Position numbers and translations under genes: made by a program
The notes under the pieces: generated by a model
What the model was told of the DNA's origin: nothing
Database searches by the model: none
The model's input: the letters and a program-made list of their open reading frames with translations, nothing else
Shown here: piece by piece, positions 24,087 through 46,748 of the stretch
Position numbering within the stretch: the first letter of the stretch is position 1
Layout: each line of letters starts with the position of its first letter
Source: the human T2T-CHM13v2.0 reference genome, Homo sapiens
DNA length: 64,000 bases
NCBI RefSeq assembly: GCF_009914755.1
Contig: NC_060947.1
Direction: 5' to 3' (one strand)

Positions 24087-26378
24087 TGATATAGGGTTTG
24101 GATTTGTGTCCCTGCTCAAATCTCATGTCAAATTGGAGGAGGGATGTGGTGGGAGGTGATTGGATTATGGGGTCAGATATCCCCCTTGCTCTTCTTGTGA
24201 TAGTGAGTGAGTTTTCATGAGACGTGATGGTTTAAAAGTGTGTAACACGTCCCCCCTCACTCACTCTCTCTCCTGCCAACATGTGAAGATGGTCATTGCT
24301 TCCTGTTCACCTCCTGCCATGATTGTAAGTTTCCTGATGCCTGCAAGTCATGCTTCCTGTTAAGCCTGTGGAACTGTGAGTCAATTAAATCTCTTTTCTT
24401 TATAAATTACTCAGTCTCAGGTAGTTCTTTATAGCAGTGTGAACACAGAGTAACACAAAAAATTGGTACCAGGATTTGGGCACTACTATAAAGATACCTG
24501 AAAATGTGAAAGTGACTTTGGAACTGTGTAACAGACACTGGGGTTGGAATATTTTGGAGGGCTCAGAAGAAGACAGGAAAATGAGAGAATGTTTGGAACT
24601 TCCTAGAGACTTGTTGAATGGTTTTGATTAAAACGCTGATAGTGATATAAACAATGAAGTCCAGGCTGAGGTGCTCTCAGATAGAGATGAGGAACTTATT
24701 GGAAAATGGAATAAAGGTCACGCTTGTTATGCTTTAGCAAAGAGACTGGTGGCATTTTGCCCCTGCCCTAGAGATCTGTGGAACCTTGAACTTGAGGGAG
24801 ATGATTTAGAGTATCTGGTGAAAGAAATTTCTAAGTAGCAAAGAATTCAAGATGTGACTTCACTGTTTCTGAAAGTGTATACTCGTGTGTGTGTGAACAA
24901 AGAGATTATCTGCTACTGGAACTTGTACTTACAAGGGAAGTATAACGTAACAGTTTGGGAAATTTGCAGCTGAGTCGTGGAAAAATGAAAAATCAATTTT
25001 CTGGGTAAAAATTCAAGCCTGCTGCAGAAATGTGCATAAGTAGAGTAGCCAAATGTGAATAGCCAAGACAGTGGGGAAAATGTCTCCAGAACATTTCAGA
25101 GACATTCAAGGCAGGCCCCCTCCCCATCCCAGGTCTGAAGGTCTAGGAGGGAAAAGTTATTTCCCAGGCTAGGCCCAGGGACCTGCTGCTCTGTGCAGCC
25201 TTGGGACATGGTACTCTGTGTCCCAGCAGCTCCAGCTCCAAAGATGGCTAAAATGGGCCAAGGTACAGCTCAAGTCATGGCTTCAGAGGATGCAAGCTCC
25301 AAGCCTTGGTGGCTTCCATGTGGTATTGGGCCTGTGGGTGCACAGAAAGCAAGAGTTGAGATTTGGGAATCTCTGTCTAGATTTCAGAGGATGCATGGAA
25401 ATGCCTAGATGTCCAGGCAGAAGTCTACTGCCATGGCAGAGCCCTCACGGAGAACCTCTATTAGGGAAGTGCACAGGGGAAGTGTGGGGTTGAAGCCCCC
25501 ATGCAGAGTCCTCACTGGGGCACTGCCTAGTAGAGCTGTGAGAAGAAGGCCACCACCATCCTCGAGAACCTTGAATGATAGATCCACCAACAGCTTGCAC
25601 CATGCACCTGGAAAAGCTGCAGACAATACCAGCCCACCAAAGCAGCCATGGAGCTTGTACCCTGCAGAGCCACAGGGGTGGAACTGCCCAAGTCCATGGG
25701 AGCCTGCCCCTTGTGTCGATGTGGCCTGGGTGTGAGACAAAGAGTCAAATGAAATCATTTTGGAATTTTACAATTTATGACTGTTCTGCTGTATATCTTG
25801 GAAGCAACTATTAGCCTGTAAAATCAATAACTTGTTTTTAATTTTACAGGCTCATAGGCAGAAGGGGCTTGCCTTGTCTCAGAGGAGACTTTGAACTTGA
25901 ACTTTTGGGTTAATGATGGAATATGTTAAGACCTTGGGAAACTGTTGGGAAGGCATGATTGTGGTTTGAAATGTGAGAAGGACAAGAGATTTAGGAGGGG
26001 CCAAAGGTGGAATGTTACGGTTCAGATGTGTGTCCCCACTCAAATCTTATGTTGAATTGAAGGGGGGGGGGTCTGCAGGGAGGTAATTGGATTATGAGAA
26101 TAGATTTCCTCCTTGCTGTTCTCATGATAGTAAATTCTCATGAGATGTAATGGTTTAAAATTGTGTGGCACTTGTCCCCTCGGTCACTCTCTCTCCTGTA
26201 AACCTGTGAAGAAAGTCCTTGCTTCTCTGTCACCTTCTGCCATGATTTTAAGTTTCCTGAGGCCTCCCAGTCATGCTTCCTGTTAAGCCTGTGGAACTGA
26301 GTCAATTAAATCTGTTTTCTTAATAAATTGCCCAGTCTCAGGTAGTTCTTTATAGCAGTGTGAAAATAGACTAGTACA
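24087..26378 (+). mobile_element. Complete MSTA-like MaLR provirus: 5' LTR 24087-24457, internal 24458-26012, 3' LTR 26013-26378
   Basis: Two homologous TG...CA LTRs, MaLR internal sequence, purine tract before the 3' LTR, 5-bp TSD ttagg/atagg. Confidence 0.92.
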
Positions 26379-27814
26379 ATAGGTTACATGAGATATTTTG
26401 ATGCAGACATACAATGCATAATAATCACATCAGGGCAAATGGAAAATCAATGTACTCAAACATTTATCCTTTCTTTGTGTTATAATCAATCCAGTTATAC
26501 TCTTTTAGTTATTTTAAAATGTACAATAAATTATTGTTGACTGTAGTCACCCTGTTGTGCTATCGAATAGTAAGTCTTATTCACTCTATCTATTGTTTTT
26601 TGTACACATTAACCATCCACATTTCCCCCTCCTTACTACCCTTCCTAGCCTCTGGTAACCTTTCCTCTACCTCTGTCACCAGGAGTTTAATTATTTTAGC
26701 TTTTAGATCCCACAGATAAGTGAGAATGTGTGGTTTGTCTTTCTGTGCCTGGCTTATTTTACTTAACATAATGGCCTTCAATTTCATCCAAGTTGTTGCA
26801 AATGACAGTATTTCATTTTTTTATAGCTAAATAGTTCTCTATGGTGTATATGTACCACATTTTCTTATCCATTCATTTGTTGATGGACACTTATGTTGCT
26901 TTCAAATCTTGGCTGGAAAAAACATGAGAATGCAGATATGTCTTTGATATATCAAGTTCCTTTGTTTTGGTTTCATACCTAGCAATGGAATTGCTGGATC
27001 ACATGATAGCCCTATTTTTAGTTTTTTGAGGAACCTCCAAACTGTTCTCCTTAGTGGTTTTACTAATGTGCATTCCCACCAACAATGTATGAGGGCTTCC
27101 TCTACTCTGCATCCTCACCAGTATTTGTTATTGACTCTCTTTTGGATTTAAGCCATTTTAATTGTTGTGAGGTAATATCTCATCATAATGTTGATTTGCA
27201 TTTATCTTATCATTAATGATATTGACCTCCTTTTCATATACCTATTTTCCATTTGTATGTCTTCTTTTGAGAAATGTCTATTCAGATCTTTTGACCATTT
27301 TTAATTGAATTATTAGATTTTTTTCATATAGAATTGTTTATGCTTTTTATGTGTTCTGGTTATTAATCCCTTGTTAGATAGAGAGACTGCAAATATTTTC
27401 CCCCCTTCTGTGGGTTTTCTCTTCATTTTGTTGATTGCTTTGCTATGTGGAAACTTTTTCAGTTGATGTGATACCATTTGTCCATTTTTGCATTGGCTCC
27501 CTGTGCTTGTAAAGTAGTACTCAAAAACTCTTTGCCCAGTCCAATGTACTGGAGAGCTGCCTCAAAGTTTTCTTGTAGTAGTTTCAGAGGTCCAGCCCTT
27601 AGATTTGTTTTTAATCCATTTTAATTTGATTTTTGTAAATGGCAACAGATAGGACTCCAGTTTTATTCTTCTGCGTATGGATATCCATTTTTCCTAGCAC
27701 CGTTTAATGAAGAGACTTCCCTTTCCCCAGTGATTTTTCTTGACATCTTTATTGGAAATGAGTTCACTGTAGATGTATGGATTTGTTTCTGCATTCTATG
27801 TTGTGCTCCACTGA

Positions 27815-27816
<2 letters not shown>

Positions 27817-27858
<42 letters not shown>
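27817..27858. repeat. (TG)n microsatellite, ~21 units
   Basis: Read directly from the sequence. Confidence 0.97.
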
Positions 27859-27861
<3 letters not shown>

Positions 27862-28893
27862 ATGCCAGTACCATGTTGTATTGGTTACTGTAGCTTATAG
27901 TAGAAGCCAGGTAATGTGATTACTTCAGTTGTTTTTATTTTTGCTCTGGATAGCTTTGGCTATTCTTGGCCTTCTGTGTTTCCATATAAATTTAAGATTA
28001 CGTTTTCTAGTTCTGTGAAGAATATCATCAATATTTTCATATCATCATCCAACTCTATGCTCTGCTACAAGAGACTTCCTTGGATACAAATAAACAAATT
28101 GGTTGAAATTAGAAGTAACGAAAAGAGAGCTAGCTTGGCTAACGCAAATATGAGATAAAATACAATTAAAAAAGAAATAGGTCTACAATAATAGTTGAAC
28201 ACTTCAGTACTTCACTTTGAATAATAGATAAAACACTTAAGCAGAAAATCAATAAGGAAATAGAGAACCTGAGCACTATAAATGAAGTAGACCCAAGAGA
28301 CAAATATAAAATGGTATACCCCAAACCAGCTGAATCCACATTTTTCTCAGCTGCACATGGAAAATCATCAAGGACACAAAACAAATCTTAATAAACTTAA
28401 AAAATGATATTATAGAAAGAAACACAAGAAAGGAAACTATAGACAAATATCCCGTATGAAAATAGATCCCCAAATCCTGAATGTTATACTAGCAAACCAA
28501 ACCCAACAGTATAATAAAAGGCTTATACACCATGACTAAGTAGGATTTATCTCAGGAATGCAAAGTTGGTTCAACACAAAAGTATCAATCAATGAAATCA
28601 ATCACAGTAATAAATTGTAGGGAAGAAAAACACATATTTATTTCAATTAATGTAAAAATCATTCAAAAAAGAAAATACAACAATATAATAAGAAGTGAAG
28701 CACTCAGAAAACTAGAAACAGAATGAAACTCACACCATGATAAAGAACACTTAGAGAAACCCAGAACTAACATCATATTCAATAGCTAAAGACTAAAGTC
28801 TACCCTCATGAGATCAGGAATAAGACAAGGATGCTCACTTTCAAGATTGCTTTTCAACATTGATCTGGCAGTTCTAACTAGAGTAATAAAGAA

Positions 28894-28937
28894 ATATATA
28901 TATATATATATATATATATATCTGTGTGTGTGTGTAT
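28894..28937. repeat. (TA)n(TG)n microsatellite
   Basis: Read directly from the sequence. Confidence 0.95.
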
Positions 28938-29953
28938 AATCCAAATTGGAATGAAAGAAGGAAAATTACTTATATTTGCAGATGACATAACTCTATAAAT
29001 AGAACCTAAAAAAACCTATTAGTGATAGTTAATAAATTCAGCAAAATTTCAAGGCACAATATCAACATGAAAAATTAGATTGTGTTTTAATACACCAGCA
29101 ACTAACCATGCTGAATGGAAATTAAGAAAGCAATTTCATTAACAAGAGCACTTAAAGAATAAAACATCTTGAAATAAGCTTAACCAATGAGACAAAAGAT
29201 TTGTGTACCAAAAGCCACAAAATACTGCTGAAAAACAAGAGCTAAATAAATTGAAAGATATCCTATGTTTATTTACTGGAAGACTTAATATTATTAAAAT
29301 GGCACTACTACCCAAAGTGACAAAGATATTCAATAAAATCCTTATCAAAATTCCAACGGCCTGTTTTGAAGAAATAAAATAAATAAATCTTCAAATGAAT
29401 ATGTAAGTGCAAGAAGCCTCAAGTAGTCAAAAAAATTTAGTAAAAGCAAATGTAGGAGAACTCACACTTACTGATTTCAAAACTTATTATAAGTCTACAG
29501 TAGTCAATACAGTGTGATACTTGCATAAAAATGGACATATAGACCCATGGAATAGCAAAAGCATTCAGAAACAAACCCACTTACCTATGGAAGATTTTCA
29601 GCAAAGTCCAAAGAAAATTAAACAGAAAAAATAATAGTCCCTTCAAAACAGGATGCTGGAACAACTAAATATCCACATACAAAGGGATGAACTTGGACCC
29701 CTACTTCACACAACGTACAAAAAAGTAACTCAAATAAACCCATGACATAGATCGCAGAGCAAAAACCACAAATCTCTTAGAAGAAAAGATAGAGATAAGT
29801 TTTCATAACTTTTAATTTGGCATTAATTTCTTAAATATGACACAGAAAGCATGAGCAGTGAAAGAAAAAAATTGATAAATTTGACTTTATCAAAATTAAA
29901 AACTTCGTGCATGAAAGAACATTATCAAGACAATCTAATGAATGGCAGAAAAT

Positions 29954-30353
<400 letters not shown>

Positions 30354-30859
30354 TTAAAAATGGGCGAAATAATTCAATAGACATCTCTCCAAAGAAGATA
30401 CACAAATGACCAGCAAACACATGAAAATATGCTCAACATATTTAGTCATGAGGGAAGTGTGAAGGAACACCAAAATGAAACACCACTTTGTACCTACTAG
30501 TATGGCCTTAATATATTTAAAAATGGAAAACAATAAGTGTTTGTGAGGATGGAAACAAATTGGAACCCTTATATCGATCAGGTTGGTATATAAAATGTTT
30601 CAGCTTCTATGGAAAACAATTTGGCAAAAACTAGAAGTTAAATATCACATTATTTATATTATACCACAATTCCAATATTAGGTATATATTCCAAATAATT
30701 GAAACAGGTACCAAGCAAATATGTGAATACATATGTTCATAGCATATTCACAGAAGCAAATGTACACATTTTATGAACAGGTGAATGGATAAATAAATCA
30801 TGGTATATACACATGATGGAATATTATTCAGCCATCAGAAAGAATGAAATGCTGAGACA

Positions 30860-31226
30860 TGTTAAAAGATAAACTGAGGCACATTAAAATATTAGAGTTA
30901 TTTGAGCAAACATCAATTTATGAATTGAGATCTGTCAGACTGCAGGTGGTTTGGGGGCTCCACAGAAAGGGCACAAGGTGAAGGCTTCTATAGATTAAGC
31001 ATGGAAGCAAGGCAAATAAAATATTTGATTAAAGTGGAGAAATATCCTTATTTGTATTATTCCAGTAGAAAGTCCCCATTTAGAGGTTATTTGGTGGTTT
31101 CTAATTGGTTAAACTTGAAAATTTATTTCACTGTTTACACTGAGTTGGGTTGTGGTTTTCTTTCATACAATCATGGGATGTTGGATCTGCCTCAGCCTAA
31201 AGGCTTCCCAATTAATTATTCTAACG
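30860..31226 (-). mobile_element. MER93-like ERV1 solo LTR
   Basis: Minus strand reads gttagaataattaattgggaagcctttaggctgagg...cccaactcagtgtaaacagt; interrupts the L1MB 3' region. Confidence 0.75.
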
Positions 31227-31724
31227 GGTATTATATGATGTGGACAAATTTGAAAGCATGCTGTGTGAAAGAATTCACACACAAAAGGCTGCATATATTA
31301 AATGACTCCATTTATATTAAATATTTAGAACAGGCAAATCCATAGGAACAGAAAGCAGATTGCTGCATACCTGAGGCTGGGTAGAAAAGAAGATGAATAG
31401 CAACTGCTTAATGATATGAGGATTTGTTTTAGGTGATGGTGAAATATTTTGTAAATACAAATTGTGGTTGCACAATATTGCTGATGTACTAAATACATGT
31501 AACTAAATTGTTCACTTTAAAATGTTTCATTTTATGTTATGTGAACTCCATCTCAATAAAAAAGAACCTCAAGTAAAATTAATTATGCACAAAATATGAC
31601 AGCAATATTGACATATGTTTTTTCCTATTTCTGTGGGAAAATTATTTAAAATACGTAGTGTAATACTTAGTTAGACCACCATTCAATTATGGGAGCAAAA
31701 TTTATAGCTCAGAATATACAATAT

Positions 31725-31990
31725 TTGTAAAGTATATGACAGGTAATCTCTGAATAAGATAATACCTGTAAATTTCTTAAATTAGTGTCTGACACATAGG
31801 TTCAATTAGCCACTGTCATTATTTGAAGGGCATTACGCAATTACTTCAAAGTCATGACTGAACTAGAAAACTTATCTTGGTACTACGGTATTGGTGAAAC
31901 TCATGAAGGTGGGCTCCCCAACTACAGGATTAAAATCCTAGTCTTAGCTCTACTTTGCATGCGTACCTAAATCCTTCTATCACTGTGGAA
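31725..31990. mobile_element. MIR fragments (one + at ~31725-31825, probably one - at ~31835-31990)
   Basis: aataagataatacctgtaaa...agtgtctgacacatag core similarity. Confidence 0.5.
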
Positions 31991-33337
31991 ATAAGGGCCT
32001 CAACCCTTGCTCTGATTTCCACATCCTGACCAGTCGTTTGGCCATCATTTGAACAAAAATCCCAAGATAATTCTAGAACTTTGGAATGACTGAAATTTCT
32101 GATTTTGAAGACATAATTAGGCACAACAATGCATATTTATCTAGAGGGGAGAGAAAGGAAATCCATATGTACAAAAAGAAGCATCAGATTTCTTAAACAC
32201 TTAAGGAAAAAAAATACAACAATGAAAATTAGTTCAACCCAACCAAAATCAGGCTAGAGAAGGGTGTGGAAAAAGGGATGGAGGGGGAGAGAAAGAGAGA
32301 AAAAAACAATATATAGGGAAGCTATTAGAAAGTGCTCATATTGATGGATAATCTAAAATTATAAAATACAGAAAATGATTATCCTGTTCCATGTCAAAGG
32401 ATGGTAAGCAAATTTAGGAAGCATTTTCTATTTAAAATAATATAAATAGAGTACCAAGGTGGGCAAATTAAAATAAATAATGGATAAATAAATATTCAGA
32501 AACAGTAACACTGTGGTGAAACTTATTAAAGATAAAAAATACAAATATTTCTATAAAGATGGAAGACAGTTCCCACCAAGAATATATAAGGAAAATGAAA
32601 CCTTTTTATCTAGCAGCACAGCTTTGAAGTATATATCACATACGCTATTCAAAATACAAGAAACAGAAAATGTATAATATTTTCAGTCATTATTGAAATA
32701 AATTTTAGCAGTTCTCCATTATGCTACCAAAACTCTCAATTTCAAAAAGAATAAAATGTAGAGGGCACACCTATGTATAGCCATGTGATAATATTATAAA
32801 TATACAACAATGTGAACATGTCCTAAAATAATCCAATGGAAAATTAAAGACAAAAAGGTTATTTTGCATGGCTCATTCAATAAAAGGGAATTGAAACGTG
32901 AACTCACATTTTCTTGGGACGTCAACAACAAAGCCACTCATACCAAAAGCTATGGGTTATGGCAAAAGTGGTGCTGATAGAAAATTTACTAATATATTCA
33001 TTTCTCAGATATCCATTCAGCACCTACCATGAGCCAGGCATTATTCTTGGTGTTAATATAGATATATTTAGATGAATATTATTCAGGTAGAAAGTACCAA
33101 CAATAAAATGGACAGATTTTAAATGTTCAGGTAAATGAGTTTTGACAGTTATATACACTCACGTAACCACCACTTACAATAATAATATACAACATTTCCA
33201 CTGTGGCAAAATGTCCCGTCATGCTCCTTCTCACTCTGTCATATTTTTGGACAAACAACTGTGGTTCTGATTTCTAACATCATAGATGAGTTTTACATGT
33301 TCTTTGACTTCACACGTATGTTATCAGATAATACATA

Positions 33338-33703
33338 TTTTTTATTATTATACTTTTAAGTTCTGGGGTACATGTGCAGAATGTGCAGATTTGTCACATG
33401 GGTATAACACATGCTATGGTGGTTTGCTACACCCATCAACCTGTCACCTACATTAGGTATTTCTCCTAATGCTATCCCTCCCCTAGCCCTCCACCTCCCG
33501 ACAGGCCCTGGTGTATGGTGTACTATGCAGTCATAAAAAAGGATGAGTTCATGTCCTATGCAGGGACATGGATGAAGCTGGAAACCATCATTCTCAGCAA
33601 ACTATCACAAGAACAGAAAACCAAACACAGTATGTTCTCACTGATAAGTGGAAGTTGAACAAGGGAGTTGAACGAGGAGAACACATGAACATAGGGAGGG
33701 GAA
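33338..33703 (-). mobile_element. Short L1PA7/8-like insertion with 5' inversion (33338-33520 minus, 33521-33703 plus)
   Basis: ttatactttta agttctggggtacatgtgcagaa..., then sense tactatgcag...gatgaagctggaaaccatcattctcagc; TSD aatacatattt / aatatgtactt. Confidence 0.9.
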
Positions 33704-33791
33704 TATGTACTTTTTGGATCAGTTTTCTTTTTCAAACAATGTCTGTGACGTTCACCCATGTTGTTTTATGTATCAGCTGCAATTTTTTAAG

Positions 33792-34842
33792 TTTAAATTC
33801 TATTTATTTCTTTTTTTAAGAATTTATTTTTTAAAAAATTGGAGTCGGGGTACATGCACAGGTTTGTTACAAGGTGATATTGCTAGATGCTGAAGTTTGA
33901 GGTGGATGGTCCTGTCACCCAAGTAGTGAGCATAGTACCCAATATCTTCTCTCGCTTCCCCGTCTAGGACCCAGTGGCTATTGTTTCCATCTTCATGTCC
34001 ATGAGTATTCAATGTTTAGCTCCCACTTACAAGCGGGAATATGCAGTATTTGGTTTTCTGTTACTATAATAATTTGCTTAGGATAATGGCTTCCAGCTGC
34101 ATCTATGTGGCTGCAAAGGACATAATTTTATTCTTTTATATAGCTGTATAGTATTCCGTGGTGTATATGTACCATATTTTATTTATCCAATCCACCTTTG
34201 ATGTGCACCTAAGTTGAATCCTTGACTTTGTTATTGTGAACAGTGCTGCAGTGAACATACGAATGCACGTGTCTTTTTGGCTGAATAGTTTATTTTCCTT
34301 TAGGTATATCCTAGTAATAGAATTGCTGGGTCAAAATGTAGTTTTATGTTCTTTGACAGATCTCTGAACTGTTTTTCACAATGGCTGAACTAATTTGCAT
34401 TCTCACCAACAGTGTATAAGCATTCCCTTTCCTCCACAGCCTCACCAGCATCTGTTAAATTTTGACTTTTTAACAAATGCCATTCTGACAGGCGTGAAAT
34501 TGTGTCTCATACTCATTTTGATTTGCATTTCTCCGATGATTAGTAATATGGAGCATTTTTTCATATTTTGGATGCTTATACATCTTCTTTTGAGAAGTGT
34601 CTGTTCATGTCCTTTGTCGATATTTAAATTGAATTACTTGCTTTATGCTTGTTGATTTGTTTAATCAATTACACCAAAATAAAAAATTAACAAATGGACC
34701 TAATCAAACTAAAGAGCTACTGCACAGCAAAAGAAATTATTAAGAGAGCAAACAACCTATAGAAAGTGAGAAAATATTTGCAAACTGTGCATCAAACAAA
34801 GGCCTAATACCCAGAATTTACAAGATACTTAAATCAACAAGT
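33792..34842 (-). mobile_element. L1PA16/17-like insertion with 5' inversion (minus to ~34664, plus 34665-34842)
   Basis: Antisense 3'UTR (gatgctgaagtttg...gtcacccaagtagtgagcatagtacccaat), then sense aaactaaagagctactgcacagcaaaagaaa. Confidence 0.85.
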
Positions 34843-35157
34843 TCTGTGTTTTTAATTGCTGAGAATAAAGCATTTATGATTGCATTGTGTGGATATACTA
34901 CAGTATGTTTGTCCATTCACCTGCTAATATACATTTGGATTGTTTCCAGTTGGCGATGATTACCAATAAAACTGCTAGGAACATTTGTATACAGGTATTT
35001 TAGTGGATAGTATGCTTTTATTTCTCTTGGGTAAATGCCTAGAAGTGAAATTATTGGGTTGTAGGGTAAGTTAATATATAACTTCATATGAAACTGCCAA
35101 ATTGTTTTACTAAGTAACTGTAATGCATCTTCTTTGTTCTAAATTTGGAAAACATAC

Positions 35158-35159
<2 letters not shown>

Positions 35160-35206
<47 letters not shown>

Positions 35207-35238
35207 TATATATATACACACACATATATATATATATG
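35160..35238. repeat. (TA)n/(CA)n compound microsatellite
   Basis: Read directly from the sequence. Confidence 0.96.
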
Positions 35239-35402
35239 TGAAAAGGAGAAAAGAAAATCTTTCTGTGCCCATATCAGAGATAAAATCTCTACCCATATCC
35301 AGAGATAACTATTAGCATTTTGGTGAATTTCCATTCATTCATTCTCAGTCTCTCCTTTTATCTCTCCTTCCTCTCCCTCCTACTCTTGCTTTATCCTCAT
35401 TT

Positions 35403-35425
35403 CCTCTCTCTCTCTCTCTCTCTCC

Positions 35426-35467
<42 letters not shown>

Positions 35468-35480
35468 GTGCGTGTGTGCA
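35403..35480. repeat. (TC)n(CA)n compound microsatellite
   Basis: Read directly from the sequence. Confidence 0.96.
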
Positions 35481-35861
35481 TATCAACTCTAAATTTAGAT
35501 CATATTCATAGAAACATAACAAAAATTTGATCATACTCTATATATGGGTTTAATATTCCATATTTATTGAATTTATTATGAATTTCCCACGTTTTAAATT
35601 TACCTTTAAAAGTATGAAACTTTAGCTCTTCCCCCTTTATCAAGTACCCATTTTTTAATATTACATCATTATACAACCCCCTTACATTGAATTTTTAACA
35701 AATTTTATTATTTGCCTAATATTTCCTATTAGCTTCATGAGGGTTGCCTTGTCGCTGTTTTCCCAGTACCTAAGGGCTAGCAAGTATTAAGTTTGCCATT
35801 AATAATTATACAATAATTTCGACATTTGTATTTAAAGAAACATCACCTCAAGTATATTTTA

Positions 35862-41095
<5,234 letters not shown>

Positions 41096-41347
41096 AGCTA
41101 TACGTTTTTAAATAAAGTGTCTAAGCCTCCTCTGAATCAGTTTTACTAGCTACTCTCTCAATTTATTCCCTCTTCAGCTGTATTCTTATTCTTTCATATT
41201 ACTATTTTTCTAGAGAAAGCATGGCATTAAGAAAATGTACGGAATGAAAAAAAATAGCATACAAGGGCATGGATTTCCACGTACTCAGAAGAGTTGTAGA
41301 ATGATGCAGGAAATATATACCTAGAATTTTACCCTATGATTCTGAGA

Positions 41348-41560
41348 CAGAGTATTACAACCTCAGCATTATGGTCATTTTCAACTAGGTAATTGTTGGG
41401 TGGAAATTTTCTGTTCATTTTAGGGTATTTAGCAGCATTCCTGGCCTACATTCACTAGATGCCTGTAGCACCCTCCCACAAGGCATAGAAATAAAATAAT
41501 GACAATTGCCAGATGTTCCCTGTGAGGAAGATAAAAATTGTCCTCAGCTGAGAACAATTG
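41348..41560 (+). mobile_element. MER20
   Basis: caacctcagca...tttagcagcattcctggcctac..cactagatgcc.gtagcac...ttgccagatgttccc...tgagaac. Confidence 0.85.
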
Positions 41561-41569
41561 TTCTGATGT

Positions 41570-45290
<3,721 letters not shown>

Positions 45291-45717
45291 TTTTAGCTAA
45301 ATAGTGAATCTCAGGTTATTATATTTACCAACGAGAAAAAAATAATTATCTTCTCATTAACTAAGAAGCCTTTAAAAGAAAGTATGGTCAATTCTAACTG
45401 GATTCTGCAAATGATTCTAAATAATTACATCTAAGGAAATAGCATAAAATAAGAAATGTACATTTTAAATTCATATACATATTCATTCTTACTAATATTA
45501 TCTGTTGATATCCTTTATATTTTCAGAACACAGTAGCTGGCCACTGCTTTCAATTGTAAATTCAAAATTAAGTATAAAAATACCATTTGATTCAAAGTTT
45601 ATAGGTTGAGAAAGGAGTGGTATAATTACATATAGTGATTATAGTACAAGTTAATATATATTTATTAGTTAAGAGTTTACTATATAGAATACATTTCCTT
45701 TCTCCTTTATTCATGTA

Positions 45718-46748
45718 CAGTCATGCATCACTTAACAGGGATAAATTTTGAGAAATGTGCCCTTAAGCAATTTTGTGGTGTAAACATCATAGAATGTATT
45801 TATACAAACCTGGATGGTATAGCCTACTACACACCTAGGCCAGGTGGTACAGCCTATTGCTCCCAGGATGCAAACCTGTATGGCATGTTCCATTATTGAA
45901 TACTGTAGGCAACTGTAATACAGTAGTCAGCATTTGTGTATCTAAACATATCTAAACCTAGAAAAAGTACAGTAGAAATATGACATAAAAGATAAAAAAC
46001 AGTACACCTGTATATGGCACTTACCATCAGTGGAGCTTGCAGGATTGGAAGTTGCTCTGGGTGAGTCAGTGAGTTAGTGGATGAAATTGAAGGCCTAGTA
46101 CATTACTGTGCACTACTGTAGACTTTATAAACACTATACACTTAGCCTACAGTAAACATAAATAATTTATTCAATAATAAATTAACCTTAGCTTAATTTA
46201 ACTATTTTTTACTTTATAAAATTTTATCTTTTTAACTACTGGATGTTTTAATAGCACTTAGTTTAAAAAACACACACATTGTATAGCTGTACAAAAACAT
46301 TTTTCTTTATATCCTTATTCTATAAGCTTTTTTTAGTAGTTTTAAACTTTTATCTTTCTACTTTTACAACTTTTTGCTAAGAAGGAAGATACAACCACAC
46401 ACATTAGCCTAGGCCTACAGAGGGTCAGGATCATCAATATCACCAACTTTCATCTCCACATCATTTTCCACTGGCAGGTCTTCAGGGACAATAGGACACA
46501 TGGAGTTGTCATCTCCAATGATAACAATGCCTTCTGGAATTTCATGAAGAACCTGCCTGAGGGAGTCTTAGAGTTAACTTCGTTTTTCTAATATAAGTAG
46601 AAGAAGTATACTCCAAAATAATGATAAAAGGTATATTAGAGTAAGTACTAAGCAATAGGAATATTTTCACTCCATTATAATCTTATGACATCATCATCTT
46701 ATATGTGGTCTGTCAATGACCAAAATATTGCTATGCAGTGCATGACTG
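45718..46748 (+). mobile_element. Tigger3b-like (TcMar-Tigger) non-autonomous DNA transposon
   Basis: Termini cagtcatgca...tgcatgactg flanked by TA on both sides; internal ggtatagcctactacacacctaggc. Confidence 0.92.

Larger units (their letters stand above)
24030..28038 (-). mobile_element. L1MA3-like element (3'UTR plus ORF2 end), interrupted by the MSTA provirus
   Basis: tttatgggtacagagtag...|...tacatgagatattttgat...aatgcataataatcacatcaggg, followed by antisense ORF2. Confidence 0.88.
33065..35120 (-). mobile_element. Old L1ME1/2-like 3' end, split by two younger L1PA insertions
   Basis: atgagttttgacagttatatacactcacgtaaccacc; resumes at 33704-33790 and 34843-35120 (tttgtccattcacctgct...tgtttccagtt). 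Confidence 0.75.

Noticed and set aside
25193-25814. Overlapping 70-117 aa ORFs (likewise 57830-58876)
   Set aside because: They lie in GC-richer MaLR internal sequence, and open frames on both strands are expected in decayed copies.
35084-35511. ORFs with YI/TH repeats, and the poly-Q/poly-T ORFs at 59729-60027
   Set aside because: Microsatellite translation artefacts.
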